Assembly (NCBI GenBank): GCA_965199165.1
Contig: OZ240681.1
Location: forward strand, 5,068,690 to 5,132,689
DNA: 64,000 nucleotides
Source: Acetobacteraceae bacterium
Lineage (GTDB): Bacteria > Pseudomonadota > Alphaproteobacteria > Acetobacterales > Acetobacteraceae
Direction: 5' to 3'
Shown: piece by piece, positions 1-9,806 of the stretch
Layout: every line of letters starts with the position of its first letter
Position numbering within the stretch: position 1 is the stretch's first letter
Position numbers and translations under genes: made by a program
The notes under the pieces: generated by a model
What the model was told of the DNA's origin: nothing
The model's input: the letters and a program-made list of their open reading frames with translations, nothing else
Database searches by the model: none

Positions 1-379
1 CATAGCCGATGTCACGGTTGGCCGGATGCAGCTGGATGTAGCGGTCCAGCACGGCGATCGCATCCGTGTAGTGGTTCTGCAGATACTCGGAGTATCCGTG
101 CATCAGCTGGGCATTCACGGCCCAGGACGAATAAGGATAGTACTGCTCGACATTGTCGAACTGGGTGGATGCGACGGCGTAGCGCTTTGCGTTCAGCGCA
201 TCGACGCCGTTGTTGTAGAGGAGTTCGACCGGGGTATTCGCCGGGTCGCTCTTCGCCTTCTCGGCCGCGTCGATCGTCTTGGACTGCCCGTTCCACGGCT
301 CGAGGCTTTTCAGCGTCTCGCAACCGCCAAGCAACGCGAGGACGGCAATGGACGGCAGCAGGCGAGTGGAGATCGACAT
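1..379 (-). CDS. bamD: BamD/YfiO outer-membrane assembly lipoprotein, N-terminal ~126 codons (gene continues past the left edge)
   Basis: Own translation of minus strand from ATG at 379: MSISTRLLPSIAVLALLGGCETLKS (signal peptide + lipobox LLGGC), then YNNGVDALNAKRYAVASTQFDNVEQYYPYSSWAVNAQLMHGYSEY, a TPR-like BamD N-terminus. Lies downstream of lpxC. Absent from the ORF track because no stop falls inside the window. Confidence 0.7.
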   Translation of the reverse strand, partial: MSISTRLLPSIAVLALLGGCETLKSLEPWNGQSKTIDAAEKAKSDPANTPVELLYNNGVDALNAKRYAVASTQFDNVEQYYPYSSWAVNAQLMHGYSEYLQNHYTDAIAVLDRYIQLHPANRDIGY

Positions 380-490
380 GGCAACGGAGTCCCCGGACTG
401 CTGCGCCTTATAACGGCGGCTCCCGCCGAAGCGAAGCACCGTGTTTGCGCGGGATCGTTCCAGCCCGACCAACCCACCGCCCCAAGGCGG

Positions 491-1450
491 CTAGACCGCC
501 GCGGCCGCGGCCGCCAATGGAACCGCGCCCCAACCAGCCAAGTCAGGCGCGTCCGCCCAGGTCCAGGCGGAGCGGTCGGCGAACAGCGCGCGCAGCAGCC
601 GGTTGTTCAACGCGTGCCCGGGACGATGGGCCACGAACCGGGCCTTCATCGGCGCGCCCGCCAAGGCAAGGTCGCCGAGTGCATCCAGCATCTTGTGGCG
701 CACGAACTCCTCTCCCATGCGCAGGCCGCCCGGGTTCAGCACGCGGTCGCCCTGCACGACGAGGGCATTGTGCAGGCTTCCACCCTGCGCCAAGCCCGCA
801 GCCTGCAAGCCGGCGATCTCCTCCGCCATGGTGAAGGTGCGGGCCGCCGCCAAGTCCCGGCGGAAACTGCCCTCCGTCAGGTGCAGGCTCAGCGCCTGCC
901 GGCCGATCACCGCGGCGGCGAACTCGATCGACACGGCCATCTCAAGGCCGCCGGTCGTGGCCGGGCGCAACTCGACGAACGCCTCCCCTGCGGTCACCCG
1001 CACCGGACGCAAGACCTCGATAGTGCGGGCGGGAGCGTCCTGCTCCAGCCTGCCGGCGCAGTCCAGCAGGAAGACGAACGGCGCGGAAGACCCATCCAGC
1101 ACCGGCATCTCCGGTCCGTCCACGGCCACCACCGCGTTATCGATGCCGCATGCGGCGAGCGCCGCCATGACGTGTTCGACGGTGCCGACACGGACTTCGG
1201 GCGCCGCCGGGTTGCACAGCACGGTGCAAAGGCGCGTGTCGGCGACGTGATCGAACCGCGCGGGCACCTCGGCGCTCAGGTCGGTGCGGTGGAACACGAT
1301 GCCGCTTCCAGCCGGCGCCGGACGCAATTCCATCTGGATGCGTAACCCGCTGTGCAGACCGACCCCGACGCAGCCGATAGCCGCAGCCAGCGTACGCTGA
1401 CGCGTCCGAGCAGTCGTCGTTAGATCCGGCGGCAGTCCGTCCATACCCAT
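491..1450 (-). CDS. lpxC: UDP-3-O-acyl-N-acetylglucosamine deacetylase
   Basis: ORF 491..1552; QRTLAAAIGCVGVGLHSGLRIQMELRPAPAGSGIVFHRTDL, HVMAALAACGIDN and FVRHKMLDALGDLALAG are LpxC hallmarks. Start placed at internal Met (MGMDGL) to give ~320 aa; the longer start at 1552 is possible. Confidence 0.9.
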   Translation of the reverse strand: MGMDGLPPDLTTTARTRQRTLAAAIGCVGVGLHSGLRIQMELRPAPAGSGIVFHRTDLSAEVPARFDHVADTRLCTVLCNPAAPEVRVGTVEHVMAALAACGIDNAVVAVDGPEMPVLDGSSAPFVFLLDCAGRLEQDAPARTIEVLRPVRVTAGEAFVELRPATTGGLEMAVSIEFAAAVIGRQALSLHLTEGSFRRDLAAARTFTMAEEIAGLQAAGLAQGGSLHNALVVQGDRVLNPGGLRMGEEFVRHKMLDALGDLALAGAPMKARFVAHRPGHALNNRLLRALFADRSAWTWADAPDLAGWGAVPLAAAAAAV

Positions 1451-1606
1451 CGCCCCGCATCGGCCTGGGCCGAGAACAACTTCTATGGGCGTGCCCCTCG
1501 GGCAACCCAGGCGCAAACTACGGTCTGCCCCGGGTGCCGCCAAGTCAATCATTGTTGCCGACTATTTCGACTTAAGTCCTTGTGAATGTTGTATTTTATG
1601 CCGCTC

Positions 1607-3160
1607 CTATGAGGATTGCCGACGCAAGAAGGCGGGGATGTCCAGGCCCATCTCCTCCGTTTGCGCCGGGCGGACCGAGGCGCCTTCCGCATGGCCGTTG
1701 AAGGACGGCTCCGCCCGCTGCGGCTCCACCGGTGCCGGGGCAGACCGGCCCCGGATCGCCCCCGTGACGATCCCGAACAGGCTGTTGCGCGGCGCCGCCG
1801 GGGTCTGCACGGCCGGTGCCTGTTGCGGTGCGGCGGGCGGGGCTTCGGTGAACAGCCCGGCCCGCGGTGGGATGAACGGACGCGACGCTTGCGCAGCCGC
1901 CGGCGCCGCGGCCGGGCGCGGACGGGGCGCCGGCTGCGCTTCCACCGGCAGGTGGTTGACTGCATCCAGTTCAGGCATGGACATGGCCTGCGGCAGGACC
2001 GGCGCACCCATCAGGCTGACAGGCGCTTGCTGCGGCATCGGGGCCGCGGCAGGCTGCTGCTGCATCGACGGGATCGGCATGGCCGGTGCCACCTGCAGGC
2101 TCACCGGCTGCATCACCGGCATGGCCTGGGCGACGACGGCACCGCCGCCCACCGCCACCAGCCGCGGCCGCTGCGCCTCCACGGCCTGCACCGTGTCGAT
2201 GCCCGTTGCCACGACCGACACGCGGACGCGGCCGGACAGGCTGTCATCCACCGCGGAGCCGAAGATGATGTTGGCGTCGTCGGCCACTTCCTCGCGGATG
2301 CGGTTGGCGGCCTGGTCGACCTCGAACAAGGTCATGTCCTCGCCGCCGGTGATGTTGATCAGCAGGCCGCGCGCGCCGGACATGGAGGTGTCCTCCAGCA
2401 GCGGGTTGCTGATCGCGGCCTCGGCGGCGCGGATGGCGCGGTTCTCGCCCTCGGCCTCGCCGGTGCCCATCATGGCCTTGCCCATCTCCGCCATCACCGT
2501 GCGGATGTCGGCGAAGTCCAGGTTCACCAGGCCGGGCGCCATCATCAGGTCGGTCACGCCGCGCACGCCCATGTAGAGCACGTGGTCGGCCATCTTGAAC
2601 GCCTCCTTCCAGCCGGTACGCTCGTTGGCCAGGCGGAAGAGGTTCTGGTTCGGGATCACGATCAGCGTGTCGACATAGCTCTGCAGCTCGGAGATGCCCG
2701 CCTCGGCGGACTTCGCCCGGCGCCCGCCCTCGAAGGTGAACGGCTTGGTCACCACGCCCACCGTCAGCACGCCGCGCTCGCGCGCCATGCGGGCGATCAC
2801 CGGGGCCGCGCCGGTGCCGGTGCCGCCGCCCATGCCGGCGGTGATGAACACCATGTGGGTGCCTTCCAGGTGGCGGGCCAATTCCTCGCTCGCCTCCTCC
2901 GCCGCGGCACGGCCGATCTCCGGCTTGGCGCCGGCGCCCAGGCCCTGGGTCAGGTGTGGGCCAAGCTGGATGCGGCGGTCGGCCCGGCTGTGCATCAGCT
3001 GCTGCGCATCCGTGTTGGCGACCACGAAGTCCACGCCCTGCAGGTTCAGCGCGATCATGTTGTCGACCGCGTTGGTGCCGCCGCCGCCGACGCCGATCAC
3101 CGTGATGCGCGGCGTGAAGTCCGTGTGCAGCTGCTGCGGGATGGTCAGGTTGAGGGTCAT
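1607..3160 (-). CDS. ftsZ: Cell division GTPase FtsZ
   Basis: [27 protein letters not shown], tubulin signature [12 protein letters not shown]-terminal DIPAFLRRQ peptide. GGAGGA lies upstream of ATG at 3160; the 587-aa ORF in the track has a spurious N-terminal extension. Confidence 0.95.
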   Translation of the reverse strand: MTLNLTIPQQLHTDFTPRITVIGVGGGGTNAVDNMIALNLQGVDFVVANTDAQQLMHSRADRRIQLGPHLTQGLGAGAKPEIGRAAAEEASEELARHLEGTHMVFITAGMGGGTGTGAAPVIARMARERGVLTVGVVTKPFTFEGGRRAKSAEAGISELQSYVDTLIVIPNQNLFRLANERTGWKEAFKMADHVLYMGVRGVTDLMMAPGLVNLDFADIRTVMAEMGKAMMGTGEAEGENRAIRAAEAAISNPLLEDTSMSGARGLLINITGGEDMTLFEVDQAANRIREEVADDANIIFGSAVDDSLSGRVRVSVVATGIDTVQAVEAQRPRLVAVGGGAVVAQAMPVMQPVSLQVAPAMPIPSMQQQPAAAPMPQQAPVSLMGAPVLPQAMSMPELDAVNHLPVEAQPAPRPRPAAAPAAAQASRPFIPPRAGLFTEAPPAAPQQAPAVQTPAAPRNSLFGIVTGAIRGRSAPAPVEPQRAEPSFNGHAEGASVRPAQTEEMGLDIPAFLRRQSS

Positions 3161-3203
3161 GGTCGTCCTCCGTTGATGGGGGTGTGAGGGTTCGGGCCGG
3201 GCA

Positions 3204-4505
3204 TCACACCCGGTCCCGCAGGAAACTGACGATCCGGCGCATGAAGCCCGCCGGACGCTCCTCGACGCCGAGGTCGAGGTCGCTGAGGCTGCGGCCCTCC
3301 CCGGCCGCCCACAGCAGCAGCCCGGCAGACACGGCGAAGCCCGGGCCGGTGGCGGAGTCGGGCAGGCCACGCAGGATGCGGATGTCGGGTCGGCCCAGCC
3401 GAATTTGGCGGCCCAGGATGCGGCCCGCCATCTCCCGCGCGCCCACTAGCTGGCTGGCCCCGCCAGTCAGCACCACGCGGGTGCCGGCGGCGCGGCCGAG
3501 CCCGGCGCCCTCCAGCCGGTCGCGCACCAGCTCGAACGTTTCCTCCAGCCGCGGCTTGATGATGGAGACGACCATGGAGCGCGGGTAGCGCGCATGGGCA
3601 TGGTCGTCCTCGCCCACCATGGGCACGGTCAGCATCTCGCGCTCGTCGTCCGGGCTGCCCTGGGCGGAGCCGTTCAGCGTCTTGATCCGCTCCGCCGCGG
3701 TGACGGTGGTCGACAGCAGCCGGGCGATGTCGTTGGTGACGTGCTGGCCGCCCACTGGGAGCTGCGCCGTGTGCAGCAACTGCCCTTCGGAGAACACCGC
3801 CATCCCCGTGGTGCCGGCGCCCATGTCGATCACGGTGGCGCCCAGCTCGCGCTCATCCTCCACCAGCGTGGAAAGCCCGGCCGCCATCGGGGCGGAGACC
3901 AGTTCGGCGATGTCCAGTTCCGCCCGCGCCGCCGTGGCGCCCAGGTTGCGCAGCGCCATGGACAGGGCGTCGATCACGTGCAGCCGGGCGGTCAGCGTCT
4001 CGCAGTGGTGGCGGCGCGGGTCCGCCACGCCGGGCGTCTCGTCGACGCTGAACGCCAGGGGCAGCGCGTGGATGGTCTCCCGCCCCTCGCTCACCGCGCG
4101 GGCGCGGCCCTCCTGCACCACGCGGCGGATGTCGGCCTCCGTCACCTCGCGCCCGCCCACCGGCCACTGCACGTTGAACAACCGGCTTTCCGGCTGGCCG
4201 CAGGTCAGGTTCACGGTGACGGAGCGCAGGCGGTGGTCGCTCATGTCCTCCGCCTGCGCCACGGCGCCGCGGATGGCGCGCTCCGCCTCCTCCAGGTCGG
4301 TGATGCCGCCGCCGCGCACGCCGCGGCCGCGCTGCCAGCCCATGCCGAGCACGCGGAGCGCCCCGTCGCCTTCGGTGCGGCCGATCAGGCAGACGACCTT
4401 GTTGGTGCCGATGTCCAGCACGCCGAACGGTCCGGCGCGCAGCGGCCGGGCGCGGGGCGGCGGGTCGGCCTGCATGGGCGGCGGCAGGGCCGGGCGGCGG
4501 GACAT
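3204..4505 (-). CDS. ftsA: Cell division protein FtsA
   Basis: From [10 protein letters not shown]..: [29 protein letters not shown], actin/HSP70-fold motifs, position between ftsQ and ftsZ. The upstream part of the 686-aa ORF is an out-of-frame read of ftsQ. Confidence 0.9.
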   Translation of the reverse strand: MSRRPALPPPMQADPPPRARPLRAGPFGVLDIGTNKVVCLIGRTEGDGALRVLGMGWQRGRGVRGGGITDLEEAERAIRGAVAQAEDMSDHRLRSVTVNLTCGQPESRLFNVQWPVGGREVTEADIRRVVQEGRARAVSEGRETIHALPLAFSVDETPGVADPRRHHCETLTARLHVIDALSMALRNLGATAARAELDIAELVSAPMAAGLSTLVEDERELGATVIDMGAGTTGMAVFSEGQLLHTAQLPVGGQHVTNDIARLLSTTVTAAERIKTLNGSAQGSPDDEREMLTVPMVGEDDHAHARYPRSMVVSIIKPRLEETFELVRDRLEGAGLGRAAGTRVVLTGGASQLVGAREMAGRILGRQIRLGRPDIRILRGLPDSATGPGFAVSAGLLLWAAGEGRSLSDLDLGVEERPAGFMRRIVSFLRDRV

Positions 4506-4510
4506 GTCGT

Positions 4511-5377
4511 TCACGCCTTTTTCCCGGTTGTCGGCGCCGTGGCCGCGGCCGGCTGCGGCGCGGGTTGCGGCCGCACCACCAGCCGGTCGGGCAGGCGCAT
4601 GTCCACCACCGACAGCGGCCGGTCGAGCAGGGACTCGCTGGCCTGCAACTCCGCCAGCTTGGCCAGTGCCGGGACCACCGCGCCCTCGGGCAACAGCACG
4701 TCGGCGCCGTTCTTCATCCGCAGGTTCCAGCGGCGCTCGCCCACCCGGACGGCCGCGGCGACGTGGGACCTCAGCGCCGGCTGCGCGGCCAGCGCCTCCA
4801 GCAGCTTGGTGGCCGCCTGCGGGGCGCCGGCGCCCACCACCAGCGGCAGGTCGCCGAACGCGGCCACGTCCTCGTTGGCGACCACCTCGCCGTCGCGGTC
4901 GATCAGCACGAACTTGCCCTGGTTCTGCCAGATGGCGAAGGGCCGCCGCTCCACCAGGTTGACCACCAGCGTGCCCGGCAGCCGCCGCTCCACCGCCGCA
5001 CTCTCCACCCAGGACAGCGTCTCGATCCGCTGGCGCGCGCCGCCCAGGGAGAAGCCGAGCATGGAGTCGCCCACATGGACGCCGAGGGCCGCGTTCAGCA
5101 GCGGCTCCGGCGTGTTGCTGCGGCCCTCGACCACGATCTTCTGCACCCGCATGTTGGCGGCCGAGGCCATCCCGTCGCGCAGGCGCGCCACCGTGCCGCC
5201 GGGCTGGGCGGAATGGACCAGCAGGATGGCCAGCATGACCAGGCCGAACCCGCCGAGCCCCCATAGCGCCGGGCGCAGGAAGCGCTTCTGCCGCCGCAGC
5301 AGCAGCTTCAACCCGGACGGACGGCGCGAGACGTCGCGCGGCTGCGGCAGCTCCGGACGGGGCGTCACGCGCGGCAT
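4511..5377 (-). CDS. ftsQ: Cell division protein FtsQ
   Basis: MPRVTPRP.. basic N-terminus, one TM helix (ALWGLGGFGLVMLAILLV), POTRA-like VQKIVVEGRSNT, then the FtsQ/DivIB domain. Overlaps the ddl stop by 13 nt. Confidence 0.85.
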   Translation of the reverse strand: MPRVTPRPELPQPRDVSRRPSGLKLLLRRQKRFLRPALWGLGGFGLVMLAILLVHSAQPGGTVARLRDGMASAANMRVQKIVVEGRSNTPEPLLNAALGVHVGDSMLGFSLGGARQRIETLSWVESAAVERRLPGTLVVNLVERRPFAIWQNQGKFVLIDRDGEVVANEDVAAFGDLPLVVGAGAPQAATKLLEALAAQPALRSHVAAAVRVGERRWNLRMKNGADVLLPEGAVVPALAKLAELQASESLLDRPLSVVDMRLPDRLVVRPQPAPQPAAATAPTTGKKA

Positions 5378-6282
5378 TGGGCGTGCTCCACCATCCAGGC
5401 GCACAGGGCGGGGAACGACATGCCCAGGTGCGCCGCCTGTTCCGGCAGCAAGGAGGTCGACGTCAGGCCCGGCTGGGTGTTGACCTCCAGCAGCACCAGC
5501 CGCCCCGGCTCCCCAGCGGTGTCGTCGTAGCGCAGGTCGGACCGGGTGGCGCCGCGGCAGCCAAGGGCGCGGTGCGCGCGCAGGGCGATGTCCATCGCGC
5601 GGCTCCACGTGTCCGGATGGACCTGGGCGGGCAAGGCGTGGGCGCTGCCACCGGGCGCGTATTTCGCCTCGTAGTCGTAGAACCCGTGCGACGGGGTGAT
5701 GTCGGTCACGGTCAGCGCGTGGTCGCCCAGCACCGCGACGGTCAGCTCGCGGCCCGGGATGTATTCCTCGACCAGCGCCTCGGAACCGAAGCGCCAAGCC
5801 GCGGCCACCTCCGCCCGGCGGTTGCCGCCCTGCCGCATGATCTCGACCCCGACGGAGGACCCTTCGTCGACCGGCTTGACCACGTAGGGCAGCGGCATCG
5901 GGTCGGCCTCGGCCAGCTCGCTGACGGGCAGCACGCGCCCGTTCGCCACCGGCAGGCCGGCGGCCACGAACACCGCCTTGGCCGCCTGCTTGTTCATCGC
6001 CAGGGCAGAGGCGCGCACGCCCGAGTGCGTGTAGGGGATGCCCAGCCAGTCCAGCACGCCCTGGATGCTGCCATCCTCGCCGAAGCGGCCGTGCAGGGCG
6101 TTGAACACCACGTCCGGTGCCGGGGTCAGCGCGGCGACGAGGGCGCGCAGGTCGCCATCGACCTCCACCGGACGCACGTCGAAGCCGGCCTCGCGCAATG
6201 CCGCGATCACCTCGGCGCCGCTGGCGAGGCTGACCTCGCGTTCGGCGGAGATGCCGCCGTAGAGCACCGCGACCGTCTTCAT
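5365..6282 (-). CDS. ddl: D-alanine--D-alanine ligase
   Basis: [22 protein letters not shown].., [44 protein letters not shown]. The start ATG overlaps the murB-remnant stop (ATGA). Confidence 0.92.
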   Translation of the reverse strand: MKTVAVLYGGISAEREVSLASGAEVIAALREAGFDVRPVEVDGDLRALVAALTPAPDVVFNALHGRFGEDGSIQGVLDWLGIPYTHSGVRASALAMNKQAAKAVFVAAGLPVANGRVLPVSELAEADPMPLPYVVKPVDEGSSVGVEIMRQGGNRRAEVAAAWRFGSEALVEEYIPGRELTVAVLGDHALTVTDITPSHGFYDYEAKYAPGGSAHALPAQVHPDTWSRAMDIALRAHRALGCRGATRSDLRYDDTAGEPGRLVLLEVNTQPGLTSTSLLPEQAAHLGMSFPALCAWMVEHAQCRA

Positions 6283-6830
6283 GCCACCACCTCCGGCCGG
6301 CCGGCCGGGATGCCGAGGCGCTTGATCTCCCACTCCAGCGTCACGCCGCTGGTGGCATGCACGCGGCGACGGACCTCCTCGCCCAACCCCTCGAGGTCCG
6401 CCGCGGAGGCACCACCCGTGTTGAGCAGGAAGTTGCAGTGCTTCTCGCTGACCTGGGCGCCGCCGCGGCGCAGGCCGCGGCAGCCGGCGGCGTCGATCAG
6501 CTCCCACGCCTTCATGTCCGCCGGGTTGCGGAAGGTGGAGCCGCCGGTGCGGGCGCGGACCGGCTGCGTCGCTTCCCGGCTGGCGCGGATGGCGGCCATG
6601 CTGGCGGCGATCATGGCCGGGTCACCGGGCGTGGCGCGGAAGCGGGCACGCACCACCACCGTGCCCGGCGGCAGCGCGGCATGGCGGTAGTCGAACTGCA
6701 AGGCCTGGGCAGGCAGCTGGGTGAGCCCGGCGGAGCCGACGATCTCCACCCAGTCCAGGCACCCGGCCACATCCCCGCCATAGGCGCCCGCGTTCATGGC
6801 GACGGCGCCGCCGACGGAGCCGCAGCACGT
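6279..6830 (-). pseudogene. murB: UDP-N-acetylenolpyruvoylglucosamine reductase, 3' part only (about the last 180 codons); N-terminal FAD-binding part absent
   Basis: [18 protein letters not shown] .. TGGSTFRNP .. [18 protein letters not shown] .. LEWEIKRLG match the MurB C-terminal region. Upstream of ~6828 the same frame reads SBP-gene sequence as nonsense, and no MurB N-terminus appears in any frame. Confidence 0.75.
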
Positions 6831-7872
6831 CGAAGCACAAGGCCGTGCCTGCGAAGTGCGACAGGCTGAGGCCGGACCGCGGCTTGGCCCCGAAACGCTG
6901 CTCATAGAGAAGAGCGATCATCGCGGCCTCCGGCGCCAGCCGCGCCTCGGCACTGTAGGGCACAACGCCGACCGTCAGCGTCCCGTCGAAGGAGGGCCCG
7001 ATCATGGCCGCCGTTTCCAAGGAACCGTAGGCGGCCGTCGCACCGATCAGCGCGTGGGGTCGCCAGCGCTGCGTCGCCAGAGCCTCGAAGAACAGAACTA
7101 CCTCGTCGACACTGCCGTGATGGATCACGACATCCGGCTTCATCGCGGCCAGCCTGCCCGCAAGTGCCGAAAACTCCGCCCCGTCGGGCTGGTAGGCGAT
7201 GGTCACCGGTGGCGCCATGCCGCTGCGGTGAGCAGCCGCAATCGCCAGCGGCACCAGCGCGCTTCCCGGCCCGTCATCCGCATAGAGCAGCACGATGGAC
7301 AGTTCGGCCGGGGGCCGCGACAATCCAGGGGCTACGACGGTGGCCGCAGCCTCCATGCAGCGCGCGGCAATTCCGGTCTCGATGTCGCACACCCGCAGCA
7401 GGTAGTGAAACCCGCGCGCCGTGATCGAGGGCATGGTTGCGGTCAGCTCCCAATACGGAATGCCCGACCCCTCGCTCACCTCGCTTGCCCCGAGGCTGAG
7501 CGCGCTGTCACCGGTGCCCAGCATCAGCACCGGCTGCGCGTCGGTGATCAGCCGCCGTGCCTCCGCGACGGCACGGTCGGGGTCGGAGGCATTGCCCAGG
7601 GCCAGTACGATCTGCCTGCCGAACAGCCCCCCGCCCGCGTTGCAGAGGTCGGTCGCAAGTTGAACGCCGCGCAGGCACTCGTTGCCCAGGGCGGCGAGCC
7701 GGCCCGTGGTCGGGAACAAGGCGCCGATCGAGAGGGTCTTGGCATCCGCCGACGGGCGGGAGGCGTTCGCCGCCAGGGCTGCCGCAGACCCGCCGGGCGC
7801 CAGGGCCGCCACAAGGTCGAGACCCAATCCCGCGCCGAGAACGGCGAGAAGATCGCGCCGGCGAGCCGCCAT
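6622..7872 (-). CDS. ABC-transporter periplasmic solute-binding protein (LivJ/Peripla_BP_6-like, Tat signal), 3'-truncated; its last ~66 codons read out of frame through the murB remnant
   Basis: [18 protein letters not shown] (twin-arginine signal), [19 protein letters not shown].., LLRVCDIE.., ~350 aa of family-like sequence ending [12 protein letters not shown], then Arg-rich nonsense to the stop at 6622. Confidence 0.7.
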   Translation of the reverse strand: MAARRRDLLAVLGAGLGLDLVAALAPGGSAAALAANASRPSADAKTLSIGALFPTTGRLAALGNECLRGVQLATDLCNAGGGLFGRQIVLALGNASDPDRAVAEARRLITDAQPVLMLGTGDSALSLGASEVSEGSGIPYWELTATMPSITARGFHYLLRVCDIETGIAARCMEAAATVVAPGLSRPPAELSIVLLYADDGPGSALVPLAIAAAHRSGMAPPVTIAYQPDGAEFSALAGRLAAMKPDVVIHHGSVDEVVLFFEALATQRWRPHALIGATAAYGSLETAAMIGPSFDGTLTVGVVPYSAEARLAPEAAMIALLYEQRFGAKPRSGLSLSHFAGTALCFDVLRLRRRRRRHERGRLWRGCGRVPGLGGDRRLRRAHPAACPGLAVRLPPCRAAAGHGGGACPLPRHAR

Positions 7873-7916
7873 TCGTTTCACGCTCCGCACCCTCTGGAGC
7901 TCAAAGACCAGAAAGC

Positions 7917-7937
7917 GCTTCTTTTTGCAAAAGAAGC
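7917..7937. promoter_or_regulatory. Perfect 9-bp inverted repeat GCTTCTTTT-TGC-AAAAGAAGC in the divergent SBP/qor intergenic region
   Basis: Read directly; AT-rich palindrome in an otherwise GC-rich 120-bp divergent promoter region. Confidence 0.35.
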
Positions 7938-7993
7938 AAAACCCGCTCCATATAAGGGGCGCAGCCAGCACAGTGAATGACGTCGAGGATACG

Positions 7994-8998
7994 ATGACCC
8001 TACCCCAAGACATGCGCGCGATCGTGACCGACGGGTCCGGAGCGCCCGAGGTCATGCGCCTCGGCACCGCCCCTCTGCCCGAACTCCGCCCCGGCGAGGT
8101 TCTGATCCGCGTCCAGGCGGCGGGCATCAACCGGCCGGACATCATGCAGCGTGAAGGCAAGTATCCGCCGCCGCCCGATGCCAGCCCCATCCTCGGCCTC
8201 GAAGTCTCCGGAACGGTCGCGGCGCTCGGCGACGGCACCACCGGTTGGTCGGTTGGCGACCGCGTTTGCGCGCTCGCCAATGGCGGCGGCTACGCGGAAT
8301 ACTGCGCGGTCCCGGCGACGCAGTGCCTGCCCTGGCCCCAAGGCTACGATGCCATCCAGGCCGCCGCTTTGCCCGAGACCTATTTCACCGTCTGGGCCAA
8401 CCTCTTCCAGATCGGCCGCCTGTTCGCCGGGGAGAGCGTCCTGATCCACGGCGGGACGGGCGGCATCGGCGTCACCGCCATCCAGCTCGCCGCCGAGTTC
8501 GGCGCCGTCGTCTTCACTACCGTCGGCAGCCTGGACAAGGCCCGCGCCTGCGAGCGGCTCGGCGCCCACGCCGCCATCAACTATCACGACGCGGATTTTG
8601 CCGACGAGATCACCCGGCTGACCGCGCATCGCGGCGTCGATGTGATCCTCGATATGGTCGGCGCGCCTTACTTCGCCCGCAACATCGCCTCTCTCAAGCG
8701 CGGCGGGCGGCTGGTCATGATCGCCTTCATGCAGGGCAGCACCGTCGCCAACCTCGATCTGCTGCCGGTCATGGTCAAGCGGCTGACCGTCACCGGCTCG
8801 ACCATGCGGCCTCGCACAGCCGCCGAGAAAGGCGCCGTCGCCCGCGGCTTGCTGGAGCGCGTCTGGCCCGTGCTCGACGAAGGCCGCTGCGCGCCGGTGA
8901 TCGAGATGAGCTTCCCCCTCGATCAGGTGGTCGCAGCGCATCGCCTGATGGAGACACGCGGCCATATCGGCAAGATCATGCTGAAGGTCGCGGACTGA
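7994..8998 (+). CDS. NADPH:quinone oxidoreductase (zeta-crystallin / MDR family)
   Basis: MTLPQDMRAIV..PGEVLIRVQAAGINRPDIMQREGKYPPPPDASPILGLEVSGTV.., GGTGGIGVTAIQLA. GAGGA lies upstream of ATG 7994; the 438-aa ORF in the track is over-extended. Confidence 0.85.
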   Translation: MTLPQDMRAIVTDGSGAPEVMRLGTAPLPELRPGEVLIRVQAAGINRPDIMQREGKYPPPPDASPILGLEVSGTVAALGDGTTGWSVGDRVCALANGGGYAEYCAVPATQCLPWPQGYDAIQAAALPETYFTVWANLFQIGRLFAGESVLIHGGTGGIGVTAIQLAAEFGAVVFTTVGSLDKARACERLGAHAAINYHDADFADEITRLTAHRGVDVILDMVGAPYFARNIASLKRGGRLVMIAFMQGSTVANLDLLPVMVKRLTVTGSTMRPRTAAEKGAVARGLLERVWPVLDEGRCAPVIEMSFPLDQVVAAHRLMETRGHIGKIMLKVAD

Positions 8999-9017
8999 CG
9001 CCGGAGCTTCCGGACAC

Positions 9018-9803
9018 ATGCGGCTAAATGCCATCGCGCTTGGAGACGCCGCCGACCGTCGGCCGCCCGTCGTGCTGCTGCACGGCCTGTTCGGCTCGGC
9101 CCGCAACTTCGGCGGCCTGCAGAAGAGCCTCGCCGCCACCGGCAAGCGCATCATCGCGCTCGACCTGCGAAACCACGGCAGCAGCCCGCATGGCGAGGAC
9201 ACCAGCTACGCCGCAATGGCGGCGGACGTGGTGGAGACGCTGGCGGCGATGGACGCCCTGCCCTGCCGCATGCTGGGCCATTCCATGGGGGGCAAGGTCG
9301 CGATGCGTCTGGCGCTCGACCAGCCGGCCCATGTCGAGCGCCTGATCGTCGCGGATATCGCGCCGATCGCCTACGCCCATGCCAATCAGGCCATTGCCGA
9401 TGCCATGCTGGCCCTGCCGCTGACGCCAGGCATGACGCGGGCCGAGGCAAGCGCCGGCCTGGCGGAGGCCGTGACGGACCCCGGCATCCGCTCCTTCCTC
9501 CTGTTGAACCTGCGCCTCGGCAGCGGTGAACGGCCCGGCTGGCAGATCGGCCTCGCCGAGCTTGCCGCCGGAATGGACGCGATCCAGGGGTGGGACGATC
9601 GCGGCACGCTGTACGACCGGCCGTCGCTCTTCGTCACCGGCGGCAAGTCGGCCTATGTGCCGCCCTGGGCGCATGACGACATCCGCGCGCTTTTCCCGCA
9701 CGCGGCATTCGCCGTTCTGCCGCGCGCCGGCCACTGGCTCCATGCCGAGGACCCGGCAGGCTTCCTCGCTACCATCCTGCCTTTCCTCGATACGGAGCAC
9801 TGA
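9018..9803 (+). CDS. Alpha/beta hydrolase (YbfF-like esterase)
   Basis: PPVVLLHGLFGSARNFGGL, nucleophile elbow GHSMGG, C-terminal AGHWLHAEDP. Confidence 0.8.
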   Translation: MRLNAIALGDAADRRPPVVLLHGLFGSARNFGGLQKSLAATGKRIIALDLRNHGSSPHGEDTSYAAMAADVVETLAAMDALPCRMLGHSMGGKVAMRLALDQPAHVERLIVADIAPIAYAHANQAIADAMLALPLTPGMTRAEASAGLAEAVTDPGIRSFLLLNLRLGSGERPGWQIGLAELAAGMDAIQGWDDRGTLYDRPSLFVTGGKSAYVPPWAHDDIRALFPHAAFAVLPRAGHWLHAEDPAGFLATILPFLDTEH

Positions 9804-9806
9804 ACT

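Noticed and set aside
26-1345. Long ORFs antisense to, or out of frame with, clearly conserved genes. Examples: 26..1345 +, 1616..3187 +, 3594..5483 +, 8000..9202 -, 18860..20023 -, 21680..23500 +, 23621..25405 +, 28091..29176 -, 33414..34775 -, 34769..36352 -, 38729..40450 +, 42997..44469 +, 54399..56609 -, 62602..63543 +.
   Set aside because: Their products are Arg/Ala/Gly/Pro-rich low-complexity strings with no motifs. Each overlaps a gene with strong family signatures on the other strand or frame. Stop-poor alternative frames are expected in high-GC DNA.
1553-1606. AT-rich stretch between the ftsZ stop and the lpxC ORF, considered as a promoter call.
   Set aside because: No clear -35/-10 pair could be assigned with confidence by eye, so it is not called as a feature.
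3204-5797. 686-aa FtsA and 428-aa FtsQ ORFs with long N-terminal extensions.
   Set aside because: The extensions are out-of-frame readings of the upstream genes (ftsQ, ddl). Conserved N-termini with proper spacing or overlaps begin at 4505 and 5377.
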